Assembly: GCA_025993875.1 (NCBI GenBank)
Contig: JAMQHH010000001.1
Location: forward strand, 2,785-66,784
Origin: Candidatus Dojkabacteria bacterium
Lineage (GTDB): Bacteria > Patescibacteriota > Dojkabacteria > J137
Direction: 5' to 3'
DNA: 64,000 bases
In this document: positions 49,596 to 58,285 of the stretch, piece after piece
How positions within the stretch are numbered: position 1 is the first letter of the stretch
Layout: every line of letters begins with the position of its first letter
Position numbers and translations under genes: made by a program
Notes under the pieces: model-generated
What the model saw: only the letters and a program-made list of their open reading frames with translations
Told to the model about the DNA's origin: nothing
The model's database searches: none

Positions 49596-50339
49596 ATGAA
49601 TCCAGGGACACAAAAAAAACCGAATAATTTTTCCAATAATTCAAATAGCAGCCCTTCCGGTTCTTATCCTGCTGCACAACGATATACTCCTGAGCAGATT
49701 GCTTATATTCAAAGAAGAATGTATGTGCAGGAAATGGAAAAGGCAATTCCTCCAAAGTCCTCTAGCATATTGGGAACAATAGTTATAAGACCCAAAGGCA
49801 CCACATTTGGAACTCAAAATCCCGGGGAAAAGGTGTTTGTGCTGGTTAGAAGGCACTGGATAGCCAATGTTGGCTGGATATTTAGAAGTACATTATATCT
49901 ATTTATTCCATTTATAGTGGCTGCATTACTACCATTATTAGTAGACATTATAAATATAACAAATAACCCTGTGCCTTCGAGGATATGGATAATCATAATT
50001 GTTTCATATTATTCGGTAGTGCTAACTTTAACAATAAGAAATTTTGTAGAATGGTTTTACGATCTTTTAATTGTAACCAACCAAAGAATCTTGGATTACG
50101 AATTTAGCCCTTTTACAGGATATAATATAAAAGAGGCAGCTTTAGAAAATATTGAAGATATAAAGGAGGTTTCAAAAGATTTTTGGGGTGGTATATTTAG
50201 ATATGGAGATATCGAAGCGACAACTGCATCCAGCGAGGGAAAATTGAATTTCGATCAGGTACCTCATGTAACACTGGTCAGGGATATATTATCAGACTTA
50301 GCTAACATAGCCAAAAAATATAAGAAAAATGGAGATTAA
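49596..50339 (+). CDS. bPH_2/YdbT-like (DUF304-type) membrane protein
   Basis: Low-complexity N-terminus, two adjacent TM helices, then a PH-like beta domain (LIVTNQRILDY ... GDIEATTASSEGKLNFDQVPHV). Confidence 0.45.
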   Translation: MNPGTQKKPNNFSNNSNSSPSGSYPAAQRYTPEQIAYIQRRMYVQEMEKAIPPKSSSILGTIVIRPKGTTFGTQNPGEKVFVLVRRHWIANVGWIFRSTLYLFIPFIVAALLPLLVDIINITNNPVPSRIWIIIIVSYYSVVLTLTIRNFVEWFYDLLIVTNQRILDYEFSPFTGYNIKEAALENIEDIKEVSKDFWGGIFRYGDIEATTASSEGKLNFDQVPHVTLVRDILSDLANIAKKYKKNGD

Positions 50340-50544
50340 TTTATCGAAAGAAATATTAGAATTTTTAAAACTAGCCGCAATTTTATTTGGGCTTTTTCAT
50401 GTTTTGTTTGGATTTGTCTTATTTGTTAGAACCAATAGAATAAATAGCATTTTAAGAACAAGTAGTTCCTGGATAATTTCGATTATTGGAATTTTTTACA
50501 TTACTTTATTAATATTTGTCGTTTTATTACTTATATCGATTTAA
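50329..50544 (+). CDS. small two-TM membrane protein, hypothetical
   Basis: 71-aa ORF with two hydrophobic helices. Confidence 0.3.
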   Translation: MEINLSKEILEFLKLAAILFGLFHVLFGFVLFVRTNRINSILRTSSSWIISIIGIFYITLLIFVVLLLISI

Positions 50545-50545
50545 T

Positions 50546-53032
50546 ATGAAGTTAAGAGTAGAGTTTTTAAAAGGAGAAAATCGGGATAACGAATGGAAGG
50601 GAGCATTCTGGTTTCAGTCTGATACCGAAGATTTTCAAATATATTCTGTTATAAGAATAGCCTCCGAGGCTAACGTAAACCTGGAAATTATCGCCAAAAC
50701 TTTCTGGAACGATTTGCAGGACTCGTTTATTGACCTTGCAAAGAAACATTCCGATATGGCTTTAAGACTGGAGGATGCTGTGTGGAAAATGAAAGCAAAA
50801 ACCGAAGCTTTATTATCGAGAGATAGTGTAATAATGGAAAAAGGGATAGATATGGAGATGGGAATTCTAGTCTTTTGTGAAAATGTTGCCTATTGCGCTG
50901 TGATTGGGGAAAGTAAGATATTAATTTATAGAAATGAAAGGATGTCGGATATTAGCCAGGCGCTTATAGATTCTAACTTAACAGGATTTGTTAAGTTTGG
51001 AAGTTTTAAATTAGAACCCGAAGATAGAATACTTTTGGTAATTTCAAAAAACCTATCATTAAATTTTGCTGATTTAACAAATGCTGCCAAAGAACTCAAT
51101 ATTAACCTTTTAAATAATAACATTACTAAAAACCTTGATTGTGTTTTGTTTTTAGGAAGTGAAATATTAGATTGGTATCAAGAGATTGCTAAAACTACGG
51201 ATATCGAAGAGATAACTCCAAATCAAAACAATCCCGGTTTAGAAAATGAATCCGAATTTCCCGAGGAGAGCAATTTTGAAAAACAGCCGAAAGATATCAA
51301 AAAAGAAAGTGCAGAGGAAATTTTTCCTGATAAAGAGTATAGCTTTCCCTACCAAGAGCCGAAAAGAACTAATGGTTTTTTGGGTAGCATTAAATCTAGA
51401 TTTAAATTTAGCAACAGAGCTACCGATTCTATAATTACCAACAATGAAGCTGACTTAAAGAAGAGAGTTGCAAAGGAAGATGGAATGTTTAAGAAAGAAG
51501 AACATATTGATTTAGAACCAAAACGGAGAATAAGAATAAAACTAGATTTAAATATAGTTAAGTTAGCTGTAAAAAAAGCTTTAACTTTTCTCGTATCTAT
51601 ACCTGCGAAACTCTCAAATTATCTTAAAAATAATAAAAGTACCTACCTGCACATAATAAAGAATTTATTTGGTGGTATAAAGAAGTTTCTAAATTATTTA
51701 TGGCAGCTTTTTCAAAGAGAGATTATTGGTACTTCTGATAGAAGAGATTTCTTTATAAAGAGTAAGAGGAGAAGCCGAAATAGAAAAATCTTAGCTATAA
51801 TATTGACTATAATAGTCGTGTTTTTATTCTTTAGTTTTAGAGATGCCGAAAATAAAAGGATGGAGCAAGAGTACAAGGATAAGATTTTAACAACAATAAA
51901 GCAACTGGAAGTAAGCCAAACTGAAGTTTTAAACCAAAGTGGTTTAGATTCTTCTAAATCTGAACCGCTAAAAACTGAGCTTGCCAATAAACTTAACCAG
52001 CTTACTGTTGATGCTCAAAAAGAGATAAAAAGAATAACCGGTGTATCCGAAAACGAAAAAAAATATGCGACATATATAGCTAACTTAAACAAGATTATTC
52101 AAAAAAATCAAGAGATTTTAGACAAACTCAATAATGTTTTTACAGTTAATAACTCTAATATTAAAATTATTGCAGATCTCGAAAAATTATTTCCTGGTTC
52201 AGACATTAAAGACATTGAATTCTCTGGGGGAAATATTTACGCAGCAGATTCGGGAAATAATGCAATTTATAAAATTCCAATAAATTCCGGAGAAGAAACA
52301 AGAATGATAGTGCAAGATTTGGAATCCCCATCACTACTGGCCAAAAGCGTCGATGGAGATATAATTGTCTATGATAACAGTAATAGTGGGGCAATTGGTA
52401 AAATTTATACAAAAGAATCGGACAGGTTTGAAAGATTTGCAACACTAATTTATTCCTCTATTGGAAATGTAAAAGCAGTTGATATATATTCTGGAAACGA
52501 TGCATTATACGAGCTAAGAACATTCCCCAATCCATATATTTTTAAAAGAGAAAGAGAAGGAGCAGGATATGCTCCTGGAGGCGCTAATTATATTACGATT
52601 AATCCACCTAACTGGAGGGAAGATTCTGATTTTTCTAAAGGGCTTGATATTGCGGCTCCATATGAACTATATGTACTAATAGAGGGATCCGGTATAAAAA
52701 GGTATTTATCTGGTGGAGAAAATACACTAACACCCGACTTATACAAAAATTTTTCTACCGAGGATATAACTTCACTATCTAATGCAAGGGCGATAGATGC
52801 AAGAGGCAGTTATATGGCTGTATCTGATCCGGAAAATAAGAGGGTACTTCTTTTTAACATTGAATCGAATGAATCAAAAAGCCTTTTATTTATTGGACAA
52901 TATATATATAGGGGAGAGGAAGAAGTGTTAGAAACCCAGAAAGAAATTCTTATAAACGAGCTTTCGGCAAACAATTTGGAAATATATGTATTGGATCAAA
53001 ATCGCGTTATAGGCTTAAGCTTCCAGAACTAA
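50546..53032 (+). CDS. large single-pass membrane protein: cytoplasmic N-domain (possible degenerate PP2C-like fold), TM, extracytoplasmic beta-propeller-like domain
   Basis: MGILVFCENVAYCAVIGESKILIYRNE resembles the PP2C strand-GDSR region with the catalytic residues altered. TM helix ILAIILTIIVVFLFFSF at ~residue 420. C-terminal repeats (NIYAADSGNNAIYKI; DGDIIVYDNSNSG) are NHL/YVTN-like. Start taken at MKLRVEF. Confidence 0.45.
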   Translation: MKLRVEFLKGENRDNEWKGAFWFQSDTEDFQIYSVIRIASEANVNLEIIAKTFWNDLQDSFIDLAKKHSDMALRLEDAVWKMKAKTEALLSRDSVIMEKGIDMEMGILVFCENVAYCAVIGESKILIYRNERMSDISQALIDSNLTGFVKFGSFKLEPEDRILLVISKNLSLNFADLTNAAKELNINLLNNNITKNLDCVLFLGSEILDWYQEIAKTTDIEEITPNQNNPGLENESEFPEESNFEKQPKDIKKESAEEIFPDKEYSFPYQEPKRTNGFLGSIKSRFKFSNRATDSIITNNEADLKKRVAKEDGMFKKEEHIDLEPKRRIRIKLDLNIVKLAVKKALTFLVSIPAKLSNYLKNNKSTYLHIIKNLFGGIKKFLNYLWQLFQREIIGTSDRRDFFIKSKRRSRNRKILAIILTIIVVFLFFSFRDAENKRMEQEYKDKILTTIKQLEVSQTEVLNQSGLDSSKSEPLKTELANKLNQLTVDAQKEIKRITGVSENEKKYATYIANLNKIIQKNQEILDKLNNVFTVNNSNIKIIADLEKLFPGSDIKDIEFSGGNIYAADSGNNAIYKIPINSGEETRMIVQDLESPSLLAKSVDGDIIVYDNSNSGAIGKIYTKESDRFERFATLIYSSIGNVKAVDIYSGNDALYELRTFPNPYIFKREREGAGYAPGGANYITINPPNWREDSDFSKGLDIAAPYELYVLIEGSGIKRYLSGGENTLTPDLYKNFSTEDITSLSNARAIDARGSYMAVSDPENKRVLLFNIESNESKSLLFIGQYIYRGEEEVLETQKEILINELSANNLEIYVLDQNRVIGLSFQN

Positions 53033-53046
53033 TAATCTGTGTAAAT

Positions 53047-53505
53047 ATGAAAAAAGTATTAGCAAGCAATAAAAGCATAGGTTTCAATTACGAAATTTTA
53101 GAAAAACTTGAAGCAGGAGTAGTTCTTCTAGGCTGGGAGGTAAAAGCAATAAAAAACAGAAGAACAAACATGGAAAATGCTTATGTCATTATAAGAAGCA
53201 ACCAGGTTTTGTTAAAAAATCTTGTGTTGCCATTAAATTCCGATACAAAATTTTCGGATAAAAGCTTGCAAAATCGAGACAAAAAGTTATTATTAAACAA
53301 AAGAGAGATTGTTAAAATAAATCAAGCGGTAAAAATTCCTGGAAATAGTTGTGTACCCTTAAATATACACTTAAACGAGGGTAATCTTATTAAAATAGAA
53401 ATCGCAGTGGTTCGTGGAAGAAAAAAGTTTGATAAAAGAAATCTTTTAAAGAAAAGAGATATTCAAAAGCAGATAAATACAGAGAGAAAAAAATATAATT
53501 TTTAG
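53047..53505 (+). CDS. smpB: SsrA-binding protein SmpB
   Basis: NKSIGFNYEILEKLEAGVVLLGWEVKAI...LLLNKREI...CVPLNIHLNEGNLIKIEIAVVRGRKKFDKR matches SmpB over its full length, including the basic C-terminal tail. Confidence 0.85.
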   Translation: MKKVLASNKSIGFNYEILEKLEAGVVLLGWEVKAIKNRRTNMENAYVIIRSNQVLLKNLVLPLNSDTKFSDKSLQNRDKKLLLNKREIVKINQAVKIPGNSCVPLNIHLNEGNLIKIEIAVVRGRKKFDKRNLLKKRDIQKQINTERKKYNF

Positions 53506-53507
53506 AT

Positions 53508-54080
53508 ATGTCTACTAATATTTCAAATAAACAACTTCAAGACTTACTTAAAGCGCTAGAGCGTTTTGGGTTTAAGTTTTACGGCTATAACGAATCTCGG
53601 GAACCTTTAGTGCTAGCTCCAAATGGACAAATAACCTCAGTTTTGGTTGCATATAATTTTGTAAAAGATCAAATCGCAAAGCAAAAAATGCAAAATGCTA
53701 CCGGCTCTGGCTTGGGCTCACTCGAAAGCATAAACTTTTCCGATATTACTCCCGAAAAAATAGAAACGAATTTAGAAAACAATGTAGAAAAATCAATAGA
53801 AAAATCGCAGGAAACAACTTATAAGAAGGATGGATCGAATATGGGCTCATCGGTTTATCCGAGTAGTAAACAATCTAATGATGAAAAAAAAGGAAGTAGT
53901 AAAGTCGGGGAGATTCCAGTTCCATTCAGTTTTGGATTTTCACCAAAAAACTTCAATCCTACATCTGTGCAAGAAACATTAGACTTTATAAAGACCGCGA
54001 AAGTTGAAGATATAACCAGCTCCTCCAAGTGGCTCTCGGTGCAATTTCAAAAGTGGCTGGAAGAGTATCAAAAAAGATAG
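53508..54080 (+). CDS. hypothetical soluble protein
   Basis: ORF tightly packed between smpB and the coupling-protein-like gene. No recognisable motif. Confidence 0.4.
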   Translation: MSTNISNKQLQDLLKALERFGFKFYGYNESREPLVLAPNGQITSVLVAYNFVKDQIAKQKMQNATGSGLGSLESINFSDITPEKIETNLENNVEKSIEKSQETTYKKDGSNMGSSVYPSSKQSNDEKKGSSKVGEIPVPFSFGFSPKNFNPTSVQETLDFIKTAKVEDITSSSKWLSVQFQKWLEEYQKR

Positions 54081-54092
54081 GATAATGAAATT

Positions 54093-56546
54093 ATGCAGGG
54101 AATAAATATTTTGTTTAGTAGCGATATTTTAGCAAGATTGGGGCTTATAATAGGCCTTGTTTTTTTATTCCTGCTAATTATTTACTTGATTATAAGGGTA
54201 GCGATAAACTATGTAAAAGAAGCTGTTTTAAAGAAAAAATCTTTAAACCTCTCTTTTTTCGAAATTAAGGTTCCTCAAAGTAATGACGTAGAAATAAAAG
54301 CTGCAGAGCAAATGTATTCCGGTTTATCTACAATTACCGATAAGCTTAAAGGAATAGCAAAATACATTGGGGCAAACACATTTGTAAGCTTTGAAGTTAT
54401 TGCATTTAAGGAAAGTATAAGATTTTTTGTTGTTTGTCCAAAAAAAATTGCTGCAATAGTTGATAGACAAATAAATGGAACTTATCCTGTTGCCGAAATT
54501 GATTCTATTAAGGAATACAACTTGTTTAAAGACGAAGGAAGTGTTGCTTTTGGTGTTTTAGAACTCGATAAAGAGTCAAAAATTCCTATCCAGACATTTG
54601 AGGAGCTTCCGGTCGATACAATTGCTACCTTAACCGATACCTTAAGCAAGCTAGAAGAGGGAGAATCGGCAGCTTTTCAGATGGTTATATCCCCCGTATC
54701 TAGTGAATGGAGGTCTAAAGTAAAGCAATATCTTAAAAAAAATAGAGAAAAACCAGCAGATGAAGGGGATAAAGATAAGCCAAAACCTTCAAGCCCCAAA
54801 ATAGACGAAGAGGCCTTAAACATGGTAGATAAAAAGATTAGTAAGCCCAATTTTTATACAGATGTCCGAGTTATTGTAGTATCCGAAGATAAACAATTAG
54901 GAGAATCTCATCTTAATAACATTCTAAGTACATTTAATCCGTTTGCCAAAGAGGGCGGAAATCGGTTTAAAAAATCGAAAGATAAAAAATTAACAAAAAA
55001 TGTAATTACAGATTTTATTTATAGAATATCAAGGCAGGCAATGGTACTAAATACTGCCGAGCTTGCAACTCTTTTTCATTTGCCTAATAAAAATATAAAA
55101 ACACCTCATATTAAGTGGCTTTTATCTAAAACAGCTCCATCTCCCGATTTTGTTACCTCAAAATTTGATGATGATTATATGTATGTTGGTAAAAATTCGC
55201 ATCGAGGCTCAGCTAAAGAGATCTTTATAAAGCCCGACGATCGACTGAGACATTTTTATGTAATAGGTCAAACAGGTACGGGAAAGTCTAAATTTATGGC
55301 AGGAATGATGATAAGAGATATGAAGCTGGGCCATGGGTGCGCGTGGATAGAACCGCACGGAACTGATGCAGAGCTTATTTTACAGCAGGTGCCGCCTGAA
55401 AGAATTGATGATGTAATCTTTTTTGATCCCTCTGATATAGAGAGGCCTATAGGTTTAAACATGCTGGAATTTTCAAACGACGCACAAAGAACCATGGTTA
55501 CAAACGAAATGCTTAATATTTTTGATACTCTTTTTGACTTAAGAACAACGGGAGGTCCAATTTTCGAACAGTATTTTAGGTTTGGGATTATGTTATTAAC
55601 TGAAGATCCCGAATCTGGCTGCACCCTAATGGAGGTACCAAAAATTTTTGCAGATGATGGGTATAGGGAGTATAAACTTTCGAAAACGAAAAATCAGGAA
55701 GTAATAGACTTTTGGCGAAAACAGGCAGAAAAAGCCGGTGGGGAAGCTTCGTTAAAAAATATTGTGCCATATATTGTTTCAAAACTGGCGCCTTTTCTTA
55801 CCAATGCGTATATAAGGCCAATTATCTCGCAGCAAACTTCGGCAATTAATTTTAGAAAAATTATGGACGAAGGCAAAATTTTAATAGTAAAACTTTCTAA
55901 AGGTAAAATTGGTGACTATAATGCAAATCTTTTAGGAATGATTATTATTGGAAAGTTGCTGGTTGGTGCATTGGAAAGAGAGGATTTGGATGAAAAGTTA
56001 AGAAGACCATTTTATTTGTATATTGACGAGTTCCAAAACTTTTTGACTGATGGAATTAATATTATACTTTCTGAGGCCAGAAAATATAAACTGGCGCTAA
56101 CAATGGGACATCAATTTCTAGGACAGCTTACCAGAGCTAACAACAATACAAAAATCAGGGATGCTGTTTTTGGAAATGTAGGTAATAAAGCCATAATGAG
56201 AGTAGGAGAAGACGATGCTGCCTTTTTAAAGAAAGTTGTTGAAGGTCCTTTCGAAGAGAGCGATTTACAGCAACTGCCTAATGTTACGGCAGTAATAAAG
56301 CTCTTAGTCGAAGGAAAACCAACGCCTCCATTTACAGTCAGGTCTTTTTACGGGGAGTCTCCTTATGATTTAATTTCTCCATATAATAAAGAGCTTGCAA
56401 ACACAATAAAGCAGATCTCAAGACTAAAGTATGGAAGAGACATAAACATTGTAGAAAATGAAATAAAGCAAAGAGGAACCTTTATTAAGGAAAAAAAGGA
56501 CGAAAATAAAGGAGGAGGGCTGGGAGATTTTGGATTTGGTTTCTAA
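54093..56546 (+). CDS. type IV coupling protein-like ATPase (VirD4/TraG/TrwB family) with N-terminal TM helix and ~350-aa N-terminal extension
   Basis: Walker A HFYVIGQTGTGKSKF. AWIEPHGTDAEL and VIFFDPSDIERPIGLNMLEF fit the TrwB/TraG block (iivDpkGd ... v.v.dP.d..s...NpL). A ~240-aa all-alpha-like insertion precedes Walker B FYLYIDEFQNFL. This is followed by the arginine/glutamine sensor-like SEARKYKLALTMGHQFLGQL. Confidence 0.65.
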   Translation: MQGINILFSSDILARLGLIIGLVFLFLLIIYLIIRVAINYVKEAVLKKKSLNLSFFEIKVPQSNDVEIKAAEQMYSGLSTITDKLKGIAKYIGANTFVSFEVIAFKESIRFFVVCPKKIAAIVDRQINGTYPVAEIDSIKEYNLFKDEGSVAFGVLELDKESKIPIQTFEELPVDTIATLTDTLSKLEEGESAAFQMVISPVSSEWRSKVKQYLKKNREKPADEGDKDKPKPSSPKIDEEALNMVDKKISKPNFYTDVRVIVVSEDKQLGESHLNNILSTFNPFAKEGGNRFKKSKDKKLTKNVITDFIYRISRQAMVLNTAELATLFHLPNKNIKTPHIKWLLSKTAPSPDFVTSKFDDDYMYVGKNSHRGSAKEIFIKPDDRLRHFYVIGQTGTGKSKFMAGMMIRDMKLGHGCAWIEPHGTDAELILQQVPPERIDDVIFFDPSDIERPIGLNMLEFSNDAQRTMVTNEMLNIFDTLFDLRTTGGPIFEQYFRFGIMLLTEDPESGCTLMEVPKIFADDGYREYKLSKTKNQEVIDFWRKQAEKAGGEASLKNIVPYIVSKLAPFLTNAYIRPIISQQTSAINFRKIMDEGKILIVKLSKGKIGDYNANLLGMIIIGKLLVGALEREDLDEKLRRPFYLYIDEFQNFLTDGINIILSEARKYKLALTMGHQFLGQLTRANNNTKIRDAVFGNVGNKAIMRVGEDDAAFLKKVVEGPFEESDLQQLPNVTAVIKLLVEGKPTPPFTVRSFYGESPYDLISPYNKELANTIKQISRLKYGRDINIVENEIKQRGTFIKEKKDENKGGGLGDFGFGF

Positions 56547-56606
56547 GCATGACTAACCACCCTTTTTTTGTTATACTACTTGCAAAATTTATGTAGAAGG
56601 TTAAAC

Positions 56607-56680
56607 AGGCTCGTAGCTCAGTTGGTTAGAGCACGGTTCTTATAAAGCCGGGGTCCGCAGTTCGAATCTGCGCGAGCCTA
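56607..56680 (+). tRNA. tRNA-Ile (anticodon UAU)
   Basis: Hand-folded cloverleaf. Acceptor AGGCTCG/CGAGCCT, D-stem GCTC/GAGC, anticodon stem CGGTT/AGCCG with loop CTTATAA, T-arm CGCAG-TTCGAAT-CTGCG. Body resembles bacterial tRNA-Ile. Confidence 0.75.
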
Positions 56681-56749
56681 TTTAGCCTTTTTTCTTAGTA
56701 TCTCTTTTCGTACTTGCGAATTTTATTAAGGTTAGCCAAGAAGTTAGTT

Positions 56750-57595
56750 TCATTCAGGAAAAATTTTTGGGATTAAAAATTTTTCTGTTCTTTGGTGTCT
56801 GTTTGAATTTGTAAGGTATTTTTTAGTAGTAATTATATTTTTATGGCCAACCAATTTACTTACTGTTTTTAGTTCCATGCCCGAAGCAAGCTGAAATACT
56901 ATAAAAGTATTGCGTAAGTCGTTTACACATAAATTTTTTACTTTAGCCTTCTCAAATATTCTATCTAGACCGCTACGTATATTTCTTACTTCTATAGACT
57001 TCCCGGTGTTAGTAGAAAAAATAGGATAATCGGGTAGAGATCTTTTTCCAGCTAATTTTAAGTATTGATCTAATAGCTGATGTATCTTTGAGTTTAGCGG
57101 TACCTGCCTGCTTGCAACTGTTATAAATTTGAAATTCTTATCTAAATCTTTTATTTTAAGTGCACTAAGCTCAGAAATCTTTAGACCGGTCTGAAGAAAA
57201 CACTCAAATATTGTTAGCAACTTAATATTTTCAACACTCCCCAAAATTATTGAATTATATTCATTTTTTGTTAAAACTCGTAAGGTTTTTACCCTATATT
57301 TAGGATGCGAGATTGCTTTTGCAGGATTTATTTTAATAACTTCTACACTAACCAGATAATCAAAAAATTTTTTTAGACTGTTTATTTTTCTTGAAACAGA
57401 TTGTGGAGAAAGTTTGTATCTATATTTTAGAGTGGTTAGCAATTGCAAAAGATCTTTGGTTGAAACTTTTGGCAAGCTATCTCCTGAAATTGCAATTATT
57501 TGATTTAAATCGTTCGTATATGCATGTATCGTTGACTCTGTTCTGCTATTATGTTTAAGATAGGTTGTAAATTTGGATAGGTAATCTTGTATCAT
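56750..57595 (-). CDS. tyrosine recombinase, XerC/XerD-like (phage-integrase family)
   Basis: N-terminal SAM-like core-binding domain (TIHAYTNDLNQ...FFDYL). C-terminal catalytic motifs LRNTFIVFQLASGMELKTVSKLVGHKNIITTKKYL (R, HxxR, catalytic Y). 281 aa. Confidence 0.8.
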   Translation of the reverse strand: MIQDYLSKFTTYLKHNSRTESTIHAYTNDLNQIIAISGDSLPKVSTKDLLQLLTTLKYRYKLSPQSVSRKINSLKKFFDYLVSVEVIKINPAKAISHPKYRVKTLRVLTKNEYNSIILGSVENIKLLTIFECFLQTGLKISELSALKIKDLDKNFKFITVASRQVPLNSKIHQLLDQYLKLAGKRSLPDYPIFSTNTGKSIEVRNIRSGLDRIFEKAKVKNLCVNDLRNTFIVFQLASGMELKTVSKLVGHKNIITTKKYLTNSNRHQRTEKFLIPKIFPE

Positions 57596-57664
57596 TTTAG
57601 TTTAGAATCTGGTGTTGATATTATCATGCAAAATATTATAGGGTCAATTTCTTAAAAAAGATTT

Positions 57665-58072
57665 ATGGGTAATGTCAGGAAGATTATAAAAAATACTCGG
57701 CTTTTTTTTAAAGAAACTGTAGTAGAGGGAGGACTATTAACAGTTATTTTAGTTGTTAGTTTATTATTGCTTTTATCTAATATATTTAGGGTAATTTCTA
57801 CAGGAAAAAGTAATTTTGATGTATATGTGTACGAACAGGAGAGTTTAAACGCGTTAAAGGAAAAAAATAAAGAGCTTTCTTTGGACAAGACTTATTATCA
57901 ATCGGAAGAATACAAGCTTCTTTCTCTGAGAGATACAGAACTAATGGCTAAGCCGGGTGAGAGTATTTATACAACCCGTGATAAAACGGAATATTTTGAT
58001 CAGCCAAAAGCACTGCTCGATGTTTCCTACAAAGAAAATTATGCCGATTGGTGGGTAAAACTCTTCTTTTAA
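57665..58072 (+). CDS. single-TM protein, hypothetical
   Basis: 135-aa ORF with one hydrophobic helix (LLTVILVVSLLLLLSNIF). Divergent from the recombinase. Confidence 0.4.
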   Translation: MGNVRKIIKNTRLFFKETVVEGGLLTVILVVSLLLLLSNIFRVISTGKSNFDVYVYEQESLNALKEKNKELSLDKTYYQSEEYKLLSLRDTELMAKPGESIYTTRDKTEYFDQPKALLDVSYKENYADWWVKLFF

Positions 58073-58116
58073 CTGCTTTTTTATAGTATAATCTCATCAC
58101 TATTATAGAAATTGTT

Positions 58117-58188
58117 CGCGGGGTAGAGCAGTGGCAGCTCGCAAGGCTCATAACCTTGAGGTCGTACGTTCGAGTCGTACCCCCGCAA
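58117..58188 (+). tRNA. initiator tRNA-fMet (anticodon CAU)
   Basis: CGCGGGGTAGAGCAGTGGCAGCTCGCAAGGCTCATAACCTTGAGGTCGTACGTTCGAGTCGTACCCCCGCAA. Has a C1:A72 mismatch and is close to E. coli tRNA-fMet (CGCGGGG...CCCCCGCAACCA). Confidence 0.85.
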
Positions 58189-58285
58189 AGTTTTCTAAGT
58201 TAGATAACAAAACAGGAAAACTGATTTGTTATCTGCATTAGAAATAAAGCAGATAAAAGCCCCTACACGTTTGTCGGGGCTTTTT

